DNA of 64,000 nucleotides, from assembly GCF_037042905.1 (NCBI RefSeq), contig NC_087249.1:14012001-14076000 (forward strand), in the 5' to 3' direction. The stretch comes from Lytechinus pictus (Eukaryota). Numbering within the stretch: position 1 is the first letter of the stretch; the number at the start of each line of letters is the position of its first letter. The position numbers and the translations under genes are program-made. A model generated the notes under the pieces. That model was not told the DNA's origin, ran no database searches, and saw only the letters and a list, made by a program, of their open reading frames with translations. Positions 1 through 15,094 of the stretch are shown one piece after another.

Positions 1-3000
1 CCTTCCTCCCGATAACCTTGGCACCATCTTTTGGGCCCCCTTCCCTGATATTTACCGAGCTCAAACTCTTCCAAGGCGTCACATTCGTCCTAATAGTGCC
101 CATACACGCGCGTTAGTTCAAACTCTTATGGATTGATTTTGCGAGTTGGAGTACATTCTAAACGAAGAAGTTTATCCACATCCGCTTCGAACTGCCGGCG
201 AGAAAAAAAAATCGCAAAGAAGATGAAAAGGACGGGGAAGAGGGAGAAATCGCGAGATGAAACAACGATGACTACACTACAATATTATAGAAACGAAGGA
301 GGAAAACGGTAGTATTTGATCTCTCACGTTTTTCGTCTCCATGTGTTGACTTATTGGGAATTATTACCATAAGCGTGCAATGTACACATGGGGGCGCAGT
401 GTACTTTAAGCAACCTGCACCGAGCCCACTTCTGCACACACAGCTTCCATGATCACTTATAATCACAAGCATTTTTTTCTTTTCCTCCCTTTTTTTTCAC
501 CACCTTGCTCGTGAAATCGATAGTGTTGTGGGACTAATTTCATCTAATGCCCAACAATTTTCATTACTCGCATTGTGGGTGAAAGTCAATCCGTCCACGA
601 CAAATATTTTCTTCTCCCTTTTTGCATTGGATCATATCACAGTTTTCCCAATGCACCTATTACCATTATTTTTCAAGAAGATATGACATTTGCTTTTTCG
701 GAATGAGAGAGAGAAAAAGAAATCGACGTGGAAAGACACCGTCTCAGCGTGCGCAACCAAATATAAAGCTGGACATTGAGCGTGGCGCAATGAAAAGATC
801 ATTCTTGTACGGATGAAGTGGGGATGGGCGGCCGGTGGGGGGGGGGGGGGGAGCTTCGTTGATTGGACAAGCATAATACTGAGAGCAAAGGAAATTACTA
901 GTGGTACAGTTGGGAACGACAGATGGAAGGAAAATAAAAGTGGTAGCGAAGTGCCTGGTGCAAATGAAAGACAAACATCCCAGATTACTGATATAATATC
1001 TTGAGATAATATTGACCGCCAAATCTTGTACTTTCTACGAGAAAAGTTGAGCGTTATACAAAAATGATCCGCAGTGTCATCTACACTAATATTCCGACAT
1101 CTACATCCAAAAAGTGCAATCTTTCTGGATTCTTTTTCTGAAAGAAATATATTAATCCTTTGAATAATAAAAAAAACGTAAGATGTTATCTACTTTATAA
1201 AAAAAATATATAATGCCATCTTTATCTAATCTATATATATAGATATACATAATTATCATCTCCATTCATAACCATGAACCAACAGGATGCGCAAAGCGCA
1301 TTGACAATACTCTTTATTTTAACCAAGTTCTTGCTCATTGTAAATAAAAGAAAAAATTTACAGCATGTTCCATAGATAGGTGGACATTGACTTAAATTGA
1401 TATCAAAACTTACTCTTGCTCTTGATTTATTAAAAAATGAATATATTTTTTCATTATAATGTCTCAAACATCTGTGAAAAAACCCATTCAAATGTGATGT
1501 TGATATTATGTAGCCTTATCTTTTTCTGTAGCTAGTGGAATACAGGGAAAGATTTAAACCAGTTCTCTTTTTGGTTTCTAAAGAGACGCCTTATGCTTTA
1601 CTTATCAATGTAATGTGAGTTCCTTGAATTTTCTTTCGGAAAAAGGGACATTTTTATGCATTTTTACGAGTTACCTTCCTCTGCTCCAAAACAACGCAGG
1701 TGCAAGGGCACTGTTGCTTAGACATATTATAATATGAAATTCTTAAATTATAACATGTAAACGATTAGTTGGATAATTTCTTGTATGCATTTCGTTTTAA
1801 TAAAGATTTCCTTATCAAAGTGTTTGTTATTCTCTTACGATATAATATTCATCATTGGGAAAACAACATGCATATGGTGAAAGCTTCTCCACTGCAAAAG
1901 CACCGGTGTTGATTTAACACCAGCCCGGTACCTATATCGCTCCACATACATGTAGATACTAGATTGGTGTTAAATCATCACCGGCGTTTTTGTAGTGTCC
2001 TGTGTCTATGGCAATTATACGGAATGCATTTTGTTTATTGGTAAACTTCGCAAGGCCTACCCAATTTTACTTTGAATTGTTCATATTCATTTTTTTAAAG
2101 AATGTTATTCAATATTTTGCGTAACAACCAATATCATTTATGAATATTTTGTATTTTATTACGTCTAAAGTCATAATCATCGTGCAGTGGTTATAGTTGT
2201 CATATTCGAACAATATTATCGGTGTTCTATGAAATAAGATAAACATCACTTTGTATCGAGCCATGCTGTCTATGATCACTCAGACTTTTCTCATTCAAGT
2301 TTCTTGACAACTAAGAAATGCCGATCCCAAACATATAACCTTGGTAGTATTTGATTTGCCGACGGCGGTAAAAGACGACGTACGTAACACAACTTTGAAA
2401 GAAAATATGGAAAGCGAAACACTTGAAACACCAAGGAAGATGAAATAACGACGTGTAACGAATGAAAGTGAATTGAGCTATCAAGTAGCCGACTGCACTT
2501 TCGGCGGGGTGTTCGGGGGCTAATTGCTTCTACCAACCGATGTCAATCATTATCCGGGAAGACAAAAAAAACTCCAAGAAAATGGTAGAAGGCAGGGCAA
2601 ACACTGCACGCGCTTAAGTAAAGTTTCCATAACACTTGACCGAAAGAAGTGCATTCTGAGGTCACATATATATATGTATGAAAGCTGGAAGAAGAAATGT
2701 TTAAAGTGCGAAAATGATGGGAGGGATATTGCGAGAACGTAGTGAAAATAAGAGATTCGATTGAAAGGATACAGAATGAAAGATTGAACAATTGCATGGA
2801 AAGGAAGAAAATAACGACATGGATAGCAAAACAAGAAACACATCCAATCTCGCTCACACACCCTCACACGCCCCCCCCCCACACACACACACACACACCT
2901 ATACCCACACGCATGTGCGCCATCACATTATTCGCATACTCCTCTATTCTCTCCCTGAAAGTAATTAGGATCAAATCTGCCCATCATCTGGGGACCACTG

Positions 3001-3375
3001 TATTGCACGAAAGGCTTTTTCTTTGTGGCTTTGTATTCTATGTGGATTTTACTATAAATTAATACAGAAGAAAATGACTAAAGAGAAGGAGAAACAAAAA
3101 TAACCCCTTTTATGAATATTTGAAGATAAAAACAGCTAAAAGTCGAATTGGAATACAGAATTGAAAGAAAACACAAATTACGTCATTGCATCAGATATGC
3201 AAATCGCACATTTATTCAATTAATAAAACTATGTTCAATTTGTTTTAATCTAACATCGTTATCGCCAAAGTTACAGATTTTGAAAACACAGGTACAATGC
3301 CGATATACCATAACATGTCAAAAATTGATCCTATCCACTGATCTCTTGTGTAACAATACATTTTGACCCATGTCC

Positions 3376-3678
3376 NNNNNNNNNNNNNNNNNNNNNNNNN
3401 NNNNNNNNNNNNNNNNNNNNNNNNNNNNNNNNNNNNNNNNNNNNNNNNNNNNNNNNNNNNNNNNNNNNNNNNNNNNNNNNNNNNNNNNNNNNNNNNNNNN
3501 NNNNNNNNNNNNNNNNNNNNNNNNNNNNNNNNNNNNNNNNNNNNNNNNNNNNNNNNNNNNNNNNNNNNNNNNNNNNNNNNNNNNNNNNNNNNNNNNNNNN
3601 NNNNNNNNNNNNNNNNNNNNNNNNNNNNNNNNNNNNNNNNNNNNNNNNNNNNNNNNNNNNNNNNNNNNNNNNNNNNNN
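3376..3678. other. Assembly gap (N run)
   Basis: 303 Ns. Confidence 1.
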
Positions 3679-4456
3679 TGAGAATGGAGAAGAGTAAAGA
3701 TAACATGTTATCTTATGCAGGTCCCCCTGGAAGAACAGCTAACAGCTGAAGTATGTACCCTGGGTTAACAAGTGTTATTATCATTTATGTTCAAACGGCA
3801 GGAAGAATTAAGTATTTTTCTTTTAAGAGCCTATTACCATTACTTTTAAACATTTAACCTCAACAGTCTCAAACTCTCGTTTTTTCCGAAAGTATTCATA
3901 CAATAAACTCTCATGAATTGTTACCAAATTTAACACGCTCATGGTAATACATTACATTAATGAATAACGTTGATACAAAAAGGAAATTAAAAACGCAGAG
4001 TATTATATCTGGGCTTCGTAACAAATGACATGAATGAAGCAGTGATCAAACTATGCAAACCTTGCATTGGCCATGCAATCGCAATCATCAATGTTACACG
4101 TCCTGGCGTCCATCCTCCTTAAGAGGCTGTCCAGAAACCAAACAGAAACTATGTTTTATATTGAAATTAATCGCAATCACTTGCGTTACGGGGCCAACCT
4201 CAAACTAATAATCTTTGTCTTAATTCTGGTATATTTCATATTTATTACATTTTGGCATGGGTACGACGTATTATACCTTTATAAAGCGACTTATATAATT
4301 TGTATATGCATAAATGGACAGTAAATAGGGTTTGTATAATAAAAAGCTTGTAGTGTATACATACATGGAATAAATGTTGTTTTTGTAATGATGGTAACGA
4401 TAATGCACTGACCGAATAAAATATGATATTTTTCTATTCCAATCTCCCCCCCCCCC

Positions 4457-4491
<35 letters not shown>

Positions 4492-5193
4492 ATTTTCTTA
4501 TATATAAAAATGTGAAAATATTGAAATAATCAAATTAATGAATAAGCATAAACTGTACACACATGTAACTTAATAAATGAAGCAATATTATGCTGTCATT
4601 ATTTTAATACCTACTGTCTCTTTACGAATAAATACTTCAGTGTATGGTTACTCGAAAGATACATTCAAACTTAAAACAGACATCAAACTGAATGTATATT
4701 TATCATGTTTTATGGCAAGATTTGAAATTAATGGTAAGATTGATTTTTATCATATTATCATTATTCATGCGTTTCGACAAAACCTGAATTAAAAGCTATC
4801 ATAATCATATTTTGATCACAAAAAATTGAAAATGGCAGAAGAGCAGATATCAAATTAAAGAGATGGGATACATACATAGCATTCCAATGAATGTTGGTAA
4901 AGTTGCAATTATCAACGTTAATGATGAGGAATAATGATAAATCCATAAAAAAATGAAACATACCATGAAAACAATCGAGTAACATGCAGAATATCTTGGA
5001 GTTATTGAATTGCACAGTTTTCGTGGTTGGAGTCTTTTCCATCGAATTCAATGGATTCTGTTTCTATATGATATTGATTACATCATAATTTGCTTCTGCA
5101 TATGAATCATTATCCTCATTCAATTATCTATTGATTTATCATGACATCTTGTATGATCATGGCGAATATCATATCCAGGCTCGACTATATTCA

Positions 5194-7681
5194 CTAAGCT
5201 TGTGCAGCAGCGGCGACAATAGTGGCCAGAGTTATGGACAGACAAAGGATGGCGAAAAAGTAGGTAAAGAACCGGTCGAGTACGCTGGCGATGTGCATCC
5301 ACTCCATCGATGTTCTCTTGCTCTCGGCATTCTCGAAGGTGAGCTTGGCGAAGTGGGCCACCCCACGCGAGATCTTCGTCATCAGCACCTCGATCGGGTC
5401 GCCGTGGGACGTCGACGTCGACGCCTGGAATGGATCCCCATTGCCGTCGTCGTCCTCGAAGACGGGATTGAGAACCCCACTGCCTTCGACCTCGCCACTG
5501 CGCTTGTGGGATGACTGTTTCGGGTCGTCATCGTCGTCGCCGTCGTAGGGGATGGCCTGAACGCAGAGGAATCGAGCGAGGATGCCGAGGATGGCCTTGC
5601 GGACGATCCGGGGAGCTCGTTGACTGTCCCCGGTGTGATGAATACTGATGGTGACCACGGCAAAGAACGTGATCAGGCCGACAGCCACGATGATGGCAGC
5701 AAAATATTGAGCTGATTAAAGGAAATGAAGGTGAAGTGCAAAAGAAAAAGCATTCACGTTGATTCGGAATAAATTGAGTCATAATTCTAAAGACAGAATT
5801 CATTATTTAAACACGTTAAAGATATTCTTCTTAAACAGATTGAGAAAATTGATATCAAAATGGGAAAAGAGTAGAAGTGAAAATTAGGCTCTCAAGAACC
5901 CGCAATGGTCGAGATTATGGGGTCATTTCCCCCACTTTTTCTTTTGAATTTCATTTGTTTTGGTATTCCAATTTTCTGCTATAAGAATGTGGAAATGAAT
6001 AAAAGAAAGATTTCCGATTATCGCAAAATTACTTGGTTAAAAGGAAAGATGGAAAGTTCATCATCAACTTGTTAATTGCATATTTATAACGATATGCAAT
6101 GTTTGTTCCCCCCCCCCCAAAAAAAAAAGCAAAACTTTAAAATTATGTATCTTGACTATTCTTCATCTGATATGAAATTCGTCGTGTTTCGTTTGTTTCA
6201 TTTTGCTATAATGTACCCCTTTTAATTCGCTTCATTGTTTGTGCCAAACTCTTCGGAAAATCGTTTACATGTTTTGATGCATTTCGGTTTATTTTGCTTC
6301 AGGATTTTTAATACAAAATCATTTTAAAAATTGTACAGTATTTGATTATACATGGCAAAAAACGGAAGTATTGACCGGTGTGCATAGTAAATTACCAGTC
6401 ATTTTCCTCCGGTCTTACATTTGTGGTGTTCAACACCCATGAGTGTTATTTCAACACATTTGGTTGTTACTAGTACACAATTTGGTGTTACGTCCAAACT
6501 TTAGGCTGTAATTCTAACACCTCCAGGTGTGGTTTTCTAGGAACTCACATTAGTCTCAGTTTTAACACACCAACGTTTGCAGTGTCGTGAGCTACTTTAT
6601 AATGTTTTATTTGTTGTCGATTTTCATTTGAGTGGATAACTTACAGATAAGCGGCACCACTTCAGAGGTCGGTGGCATGGTCTCGGCTACCAGCAACAAA
6701 AACACGGTGAGAGAAAGGAGAATGGTGAGGGTTAGTGTAATCCTCTCACAAGCATCCGACGGCAACACGAAGCCCAGCAACACCAGAGAGGAGATGATCA
6801 CGCAAGGGATCACCAAATTGAAGAAGTAGAACATAAACTGCCGCTTGAGGATCACGCTGAAGGTCACCGATGGGTACACACCCGGACAGCACTCGCGCAC
6901 CTCCACATGGCGTACCACAGGGAACTCTTTTAGGTCCCATTCACCGTTGGGCTGGTACTGCGTCGCGTCGCCAGAGGTGCCGTTGACGATGACATCGATC
7001 TCGTCCCTATTGTAGGTCCAGGAACCAAGTTTCAGGGAACAGTTCTGGGTGTCGAAGGGGAAGTAGAGAGGGTTCATCGGACAGGCGCTCATTAAAATGT
7101 AGTTGGTCTTCCATGATACCGTCCCATCGTATCTGATCCAGGCGTGGGTCCACCGAATGCCGCCGTTCAGCTCATCGTTGGCGCTGTCCGATTGATAGAA
7201 GCATATGACAATGTTTCAAATCACTCACAATTTTAATTGACATGTGAAATTCTGTCTTGACTGTTTCTAGAAAGGCCATGATGACATTAACGGTCAACAT
7301 GTTCAATATGTAGTTAAGGCTTGAGTTTTTGTTTGTTTGTTTTGTGTGGTCTGTTTTGTCTTCTTTTTTGCAAAATATATAACTTTAGGACTAGGCAAGT
7401 GATTTGATTTGCTTACTTATTATGAAGAATGATATCGGGTTTCCAGATGTTGTCGATGGGTATCTGGATGTCTGTGATGTTCCAGAACATTGATGGTTCC
7501 CAGGTAAGAAAAGCGTCATGCCATTCCTGAAAAAAAAACATTAAGAGATCAAAAAAATGTCAATGAATTGAAATGAAGTGAAATGATATACAAGGGCAGT
7601 CCCATATAATTTGTATGTCTGGCCACAGTGGCGTAACTACGGGGGGGGCATGGGGGGGCACGTGCCCCCCCAATCGGCTGA

Positions 7682-7718
<37 letters not shown>

Positions 7719-10700
7719 GGGGAAAAGGAGAAACAGAGGGAGAAAGGAAGAGGAACGTAGTGGGAAAGAAGAAATTATTATTCATTATAATGGTATATGA
7801 TATTATAATCATGTTATGTTACATAGAAAAAAAAATTATCCTAACTTTATGAAACTTTATTTGCTCAGGGCTTATGATGTCATTGTTCCTGGTGCTCGCA
7901 TTGTCTGTTTAAAGAGATATATAAACCTGTTGTACGAAAAACTCCCGTTTGAAGTCAATATAAACCAAATATATTATTGTTTTATGCAGTGACATATGCT
8001 TCTTTTTCATGACTACTTAAAGTGATTGCCCCATGTTAAGGTCTTGATATAAAATATTTCCTGTCCGTGATTACGTTCGCATCAGTGGATTGGTGAGATA
8101 TGTCTGCTCTCCGTGAATTCCTAAACTCAGTCCTTAAAATGTCCCTTTTTCTGATCTGATTATCAAAATTTTTCAGCTCGCGCTTCGCGCTCGCATCATT
8201 TGGTTAGTTAAATACGTATGGTCTTAGTGAATTCCTACAAACAAGCTATAGAATGCCCCTCTTCAGGTCTAAATTTCCTAAATTTTCAGCTCGCGCTTCG
8301 CGCTCGCAATATTTGATTAGTGAGATGCGTATGTTATTCATGATTACAATGAATACAAGTGCTTCATAAGTGTTTAAATGTAATTCTATCAAATTCAGCA
8401 AGCACTTGGTATTGGTATTAGATGACCACGGTGAGATATGTATACTATTAAGGGATTATTCCTATAATATAGTCCTTAAGATCTCCCTGTTTGGGGTCAA
8501 TGTATACAAAAATTTCGGCTCGCGCTTCGCGCTCGCATTGTTTAGCGAGACAGGTACGTATCGTGATTACAAAGTCGATTATAATGTCCCTTTTTAGGTC
8601 TGAATATCAAAAATTTTCAGCTCGCGCTTCGCGCTCGCATTATTTGATTGATGAGATGCGTATTTTTTTTATTCATGATTACAAATGACTACAAGTGCTT
8701 CCTTAAAATGTCTCTATCAGTATACCTGACATCTGAGCGCGCTTCGCGCGCTCACTAAGTGACTTAAAATTTTTGCTGGTGCCCCCCCAATGCTGTGACC
8801 CACGGTACGCCACTGTCTGGCCATGTAGATATAGTCCATATGTATATAGGGCTTTCCTGGAACTATTTTTCTCTATTTTCTAGTCATAACAATTTGTAAT
8901 GCTTTGGAATTATATTTTGGTCAGTCCACGAAGTGAAGTAACAATAGAGAAAAAATGGGTTCGTATGGATGTCAGGCCTTTCCATCATTGCCATGATGGA
9001 CACAACCACCAACACCCTATAAACAAGGAGGGGAAGACATGAAAGCTGACATTCATCACCGAGCATGCACGTTCCTTCTGTTCCCGAGACTCAGGGATAC
9101 GTCTTATTCATCTTCACAAGTGTTTGGCTTCTTTTTCATACTTTTACCCTGGACAGTTGATGATATAGCTTTGGGTGCAAAAAATTCAAGATTCAAGATC
9201 TGTCACAAAACTAAATTTCATTTTAAAAAGGTCTTAACTATTTTTGTATTGACTCGCTTTGCTCACTCGCGAATACTTAGAAATATCTCCATTCTATTCC
9301 TCAAAATCTTAGACTCAAGATGCCATTGTTTTGTTTGAAACATTTTTTCAATCTACTTCATATACTTTAATATCCTTGTAACCCCTCACCCTCTCCCCCA
9401 TCCACCCACCCTTAAATGATTAAAGTGTCGGTTTCAACCTGTTGGCGCTGCTTTACACACATGAACTAATCTTCGTTTTCTTTCCTGAAACCTCACCGTT
9501 CCAATCACCCAAGAGAGATCCTTACCCTTTCTGACTATACAAACATACATGATAGCTATTGATACTGTAATCCAAATATTTTCTCCGCCAGTGCTTTGCC
9601 CCGCTCGACTAAAAACTAAAGAGAAATAGATTTCATTAAACCGGACCTTAACTTAGTTAGCACCGTATTGTACTATGCATGGCAGTGTCCATTTCGGAAA
9701 GAGAAATTGTATCGTTTTCCTATGAGGCTCGCCAGGCGGAAATTCATAAAGATATGTGCTTTGGATGTAAAAATTCAATTACAGAAATACTATATCGGAA
9801 GATTCTACGAGCACCTGGCAGCGAGCAGAACCTCATGGCATGGGATCCAGGGGAGACGAGGGGGAGGGGAGCAATCCCCACCCCCCTTCAAGCTTTTGAA
9901 TATGTCTTTAATGAACTCAGATTTCAACACATTTAATACAAAAATATATTTCTAACCTATTTTTCATATCGGCATGACTTATGCCACTATGCAAAGTGAG
10001 AACTAGGAATTAAGATAATATGTTGCAGTATAATTGCATCTAGGGGCAAGGGGGTACAAGCCCCTGGCGCCTCTCATAGCTGGTGATAAAGAAAAGGCAA
10101 TGGGGAGAGGGGACAAATGGGTAAAAAAAGGAAGGGGAAGAAACGAAATCGTACATACCTGGGTCATATAAGTGTTTGCAGTCATGATCTGATTCGCCTC
10201 GTCCTAAATATAAATAAAAGATAAAAGCCAGAAAATTTGATTTGACCAGGCAAATCATTTACGCATTTCTCCCCCATGGATGCCCGACACCATCACAAAT
10301 GATAATGATACGACCCATGGGAATCGCTGGGACACCGCGCGATTTCTTAATCAACCCCAGTTCGTGATGTCTATACCCATCAAACCCATTAAAAAGACGT
10401 CATTTTAAGAAATCGCTAGCAACAAAGTGCTCCTCCTTCTAGGTTTCCAAATGGTTATTCCACAAAGGAAGGAGGATATTAGATTAATAGAACAGGGAAA
10501 CAGGCATAGGTGCTATGAGGGTGGGTCAATCGAATTCACCTATTATATGAACGCCATTTAAAATATATACAAGACGGAATAAACTAACATAGAATCAGGT
10601 TACAGCTGTTTTTATTTCCCTTGTTTTATTCTGCATTGTCCTTTTTTGGAATTGGAAAGATAGATCCCAGAACACGTTTTACAAAGTGGTAATTTCCAAT

Positions 10701-13692
10701 GAGTTAAGAGCGCGTTCGATAAAAATTCAATATTAGATGACCTTCTTTGACGAACAAATGAAGATATCTGGTTTATAGCAAATGTTTGCATAGAGAAACC
10801 ATGCCACACACTATATATCATTTATTAAACAATTTTATTGATGATAAATAATGTTCTGTCAATTTTGAAGCAAGGAGCATTTATATTTTTAATTTCTGAA
10901 GTAGAAACATTCATTTGAAATAAATAAGTGTTTAGATATCACACCAATTTGCTTGTTGCCAAATATATGCATTTTACATATTCGAACACGACAGACATGT
11001 TTAATGCAAACTTTAGCTGATTTACTATCAATTGCAACTTTACTATTTTGCAACTTCTAAATAATCTTGGTTTGCAATCGAATGAAGCTTCTTGCAACAC
11101 CCAGTTAGCATTCTAAGAGCATGGACCTAGGTCCATGCTAAGAGTAAGTAGATGTAGGTTTAATAGTTTTTTCCCCCGAAACAAACAGCGCTCGTCTGGC
11201 ACCTCTTAAGTGAGCATATTATATCAATCTATCGAATATTGTATTTATAAACGTGAAAGTAGAAACAAAATCTAACTTTAAGCAATTTTAACTTTAAACC
11301 CCACTATATTCGTAAATTAATATACAACTAAGAAACTAACGTCGGGATTACATTGCCATTTGATGGTAAAAGTTGATGAAACCGAATAGCGCCATCATAT
11401 CCAACTACCGTACTGGATGGCCACTCACGAACTTTCTATGCAGTAGCCGCGGAACCACGGAGGGGGCGCCAGGGGGTGGGGGCTGACCCGAGTGGGCGGG
11501 GGTCACCCCCCCCCTTCTTGGGTTTGGTTACACCATGGTGAACCGGAACAGCAGACCGTCGTAAGATTATGAGCTGACGAAAATTAGCAAATATGATGTT
11601 TGTCCTGAGTCCAGGACGACACTACTGTTTTGATTCACCGATTTTCGACAAAGACTTCTTTGTCATGAAGGGCTTTTGACAATAGAATATCTATGTTGTT
11701 TTAGAGTTCGTCCCCGTCGAGACTACGAAAACTCCCTATAGTAGGGGTGGACGCCTCCTGCCCGCTATAGCACCGCCCCTGCCAATGAGCATATTTATTG
11801 CTCAGTGGGTGTTAAATGTCGCTCACCATATCTAGGAGGTTGATAATAGCAAGATCAATCTTGACAGTGATTGCGTGCTCTTGGTTGAGGACTGGACGAG
11901 CCACGGTGCTGTAACCGTTGTCTAACAGACGGGAGGCTAAATGGGCTTCCTCGGGTATCACTTGGCCGAGGACACCTGTGATGGAAATATAGATATATAC
12001 TGTTACACAAGTTGAGTATAAAAAAAACAGTATTGGGTAAAGGAGATAATTTTATATGATAATAATAGACAGTTCTTGTATAGCACATATCACATTATGA
12101 ATAACGCCTCTATGCGCTTCCAACTGCAGTGTCCAAAGGACTTGGATATTATTACCCCGGCTGTAGCTCAAGCAGCCTTCCAGCGCTCAGTGCATTTCAA
12201 GGGATAAATTCCTGCCAGGTACCCATTCACCCCACCTGGGTTGAGTGCAGCACAATGTGGATAAATTTCTTGCTGAAGGAATCTACGCCATGGCTGGGAT
12301 TCGAACCCACGACCCTCTGTTTCAAAGTCCGGAGACTAATCCATTGGGCCACAACGCTCCACATGCATGTAAGTTGCGTAAAATATTTGGTAAAAAGTAT
12401 GTGTTAACGGGAAACAAACTTACACAACAGTTTTATGCAGTGTTTTACCAAATATTTGATTTGATCTGATTTATTTCTGCATTCACATCAGTATTAGAAT
12501 TTCAAAATACATGTATACAACATACAAAGGTTATATATAGCAAAATGATAATAGTCGTAGTATAAGTTGTGAAAATAGAACAAAATGTATTTTACATTTT
12601 TCAAAACAAGATGATAATTTAAAGGAATGCATGCAGAGACCGCCAAATATACCAAATATACTTGCATGTTCCACTATTTACCCAAATACAAAATAATAAC
12701 GGTTAACCGCCTAAAGCACTTTCCCGCAAAAGAAGATCAACAAGCAATACAAAAATCAAAATTCTGTCGGAATTAATTGAGGTGGGCACTCTGCCAACTG
12801 CACCCCCCCCCCCCCTCACCTCCACCTACCACCGCGATATGCGAGTTATTAAAGGACTGTCATACGTTACTTTATATTTGCATCTAAGTTAATCATTTCC
12901 ATGCAGTCCGCATATCATGCATATAGACTGCAGATGTAGATCAATAAAGTGATATCGATCGGAGCTCAACCACTCTTATAATTCGCGTATGGTAGAGTGA
13001 CTGGTCGTTTTGTATCCGATACTATGCGGTCATGTAAACAGAGGTGTTGGTGTTATAGGCTACTCGCCCATCTTCACGACCACAGTCACACCAGTGTACT
13101 CGACTCCAGACCGATCAAAGCTTTTATGTTATCCCCAACTACATCATGTACATCGGTTGGTTTAGAGTCGATTTCGTTGTTACATGCTACTGTTTACATC
13201 ATAACAGAGAGGGTGTTCTAGAGTTGCTATCAATTGGAAGGGGGCGGGGGCCTCCTCCGAATTTCTTTCTGGTTTTATTTATCAGGTTTGTTTTCGTTCC
13301 AAGTAAAGAAATTCAGAATGAAAAGTGAAAATTTGTTTAATTCTCATTTGCTTATGACAACTCTGATTTATTTCTTTAGTGTTTTCCCCTCAAACTCTCA
13401 CTACATAGTTCTACGACAAGCCATCTTATCCAGCATTCGTCTCTGTCTTTTCTAATTGCTATTCAAATGACTGTGTTCCTATCTTATCCATTACTTTCTT
13501 TCCCTCTTAGAATCCAGGTACCCCCCCCCCCCCCTCCTTGCACAATCCCCTTAACTGAATACGTCAGAGAAAATATTATCTATCGGATTTTTTTTTTAAA
13601 TACTTTTGCTGCTGGGCATACATACCTGGAAGCAGGGAAACGATCAAAATGAGAAAAATCGGACGATGCCTCCTCATCGAATTGGACTCCAT
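5194..13692 (-). CDS. Nicotinic acetylcholine receptor alpha-type subunit (Cys-loop ligand-gated ion channel, alpha7/alpha9/alpha10-like), 6 coding exons, ~475 aa
   Basis: Exons (minus): 13692-13626 (MESNSMRRHRPIFLILIVSLLP, signal peptide), 11975-11827 (..LLDNGYSTVARPVLNQEHAITVKIDLAIINLLDM), 10203-10159 (45 nt, DEANQIMTANTYMTQ), 7526-7417 (110 nt, EWHDAFLTW..IWKPDIILHN), 7183-6645 (Cys-loop CPMNPLYFPFDTQNC, LGSWTY, loop C ECC, TM1, TM2 ERITLTLTILLSLTVFLLLV), 5711-5194 (TM3, cytoplasmic loop, EWMHIASVLDRFF, TM4, stop). All junctions are GT-AG, phases join in frame, total 1428 nt. The 45- and 110-nt exons match the classic nAChR gene structure. Confidence 0.95.
7626..8815. mobile_element. Non-autonomous hAT-like DNA transposon in nAChR intron
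   Basis: Termini CAGTGGCGTA..TACGCCACTG; exact 8-bp TSD TCTGGCCA (7618-7625 and 8816-8823); internal repeats of aaattttcagctcgcgcttcgcgctcgca. Confidence 0.9.
12061..12360 (-). mobile_element. tRNA-derived SINE with CORE-like central region
   Basis: Minus-strand head with A box (TGGCCCAATGG) and B box (GGTTCGAATCCC), then a non-tRNA body and an (ATT)n tail; related copies at 61625-61897 and 62335-62527. Confidence 0.8.
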
Positions 13693-15094
13693 GGTTTTCC
13701 ACCTGTAATGGGAAAACATTTTCAAGTTCAAGCGTTTATTTCTCGTTTGTTAAAAGAACGGTCTAAAGAAAAGCAGAGGTAGTAAAACTGTAGTACCTCT
13801 ATATTTTTTACCTCTAGTTTTATCTCTGTTTGTCTTTCTTGATGTATACTATGATGTTTATTTATATGGACCTCTGCTTATGCAGTTGTGTCTGGAATAA
13901 AGTATTGAATAAAAATTGAATGTAAGATTAAATGCAATTTAGTCTTAAAGTCTATATAAGATTGTTTATACAAAATAATTGACCATTATACATTACCTAA
14001 AAACAAAAGAAGGTAACAACATCAAATTAAAAAAGAAGGGATGTGAAAAGAAATAATTGAAAAAAAAAGAGATAAGGCATGAAATGAAAGAGAAGACATA
14101 AAGGAAATATAAATAGATCGATGTGAAAAGAAAGTGTCCATCTGTCTCACATTTAAAACATGAGAAAAAAAGAGAAATAGGTATCATATAGGCCAAAGTG
14201 AATTCCACTTTGTATAAGTTTTCATCATGTTTTATTTTGATTTGAATTGTTCATTATTGAAATATTAAAATGAAAGATTGCTTTGGTTCTACCAGTACAC
14301 TGACAGATGTGCATCGACATACACGTATATAGACCTAACCCTGAAATATCAACTAGGCATTTGTATTATACATATTCGTTGTTTTATTCAGTTATTTTAT
14401 CTATTCATTTCGAGAATAAAGCGTCCCAGATTTCAGAACCGCGTACCTGGGCCTTGCAAAATTGGTCTCAAAAGCTGCGCAAGACTCGAAAGTAAAAATT
14501 CAGAGGGCGGCGCGGTTAAAAAAAATTGCGCGGCGAAAATATTGCGCGAATCGTTAAGGGGGGCTCGGAGGCCCCCCCCCCCCGGCCTGGATTCCATCAA
14601 ATTTCTGCTATTATATCGCAAATAAAATGTATCTCCATTAACGGTACTCATCAGGTTCTTAGTAGGCCTACATTATAACATGATGAAATAAACAGAGGCA
14701 TAGAAAGACATTAAGGGACTGACTTCAGAATTACAGTGATATTTCTTTAAATATTCAAAGCTAGTAAGCTAGCCAAATTGATATTGTGTAACATTCTGTC
14801 ATAGATTTTGGGTAACAACAAGCGTCAAATCGATAAGAGTTCTATCCATTGAAATTAAAATCTTGAAATAATGCACTGATCTATTGAAAATGCATTTTAA
14901 AAATAAATAGGGCGTCAGCACCCCCCCCCCCCCCCCCCCCACTACCCAGCAACCAGTGATAACACAAATTCTGCTTCGTTACCTCTCAAGATATTGTTTT
15001 CTTTGATTTCAAATATTGGAAATAAATAAAATGCACATTCTTCTTTGTGTGTAAATCTGTTATCTTTTATTTATTATGGACAAGACTCAGATCG

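Noticed and set aside
1-193. Possible minus-strand exon (acceptor near 194, ATG near 28, MVPRLSGGR..) of a gene leaving the window
   Set aside because: Too little coding sequence to support a call.
3245-3749. ORFs spanning N runs (also 49464-49781)
   Set aside because: Artefacts of assembly gaps.
5131-5803. Overlapping antisense and alternate-frame ORFs over the nAChR last exon
   Set aside because: Shadows of a GC-rich coding exon with no independent evidence.
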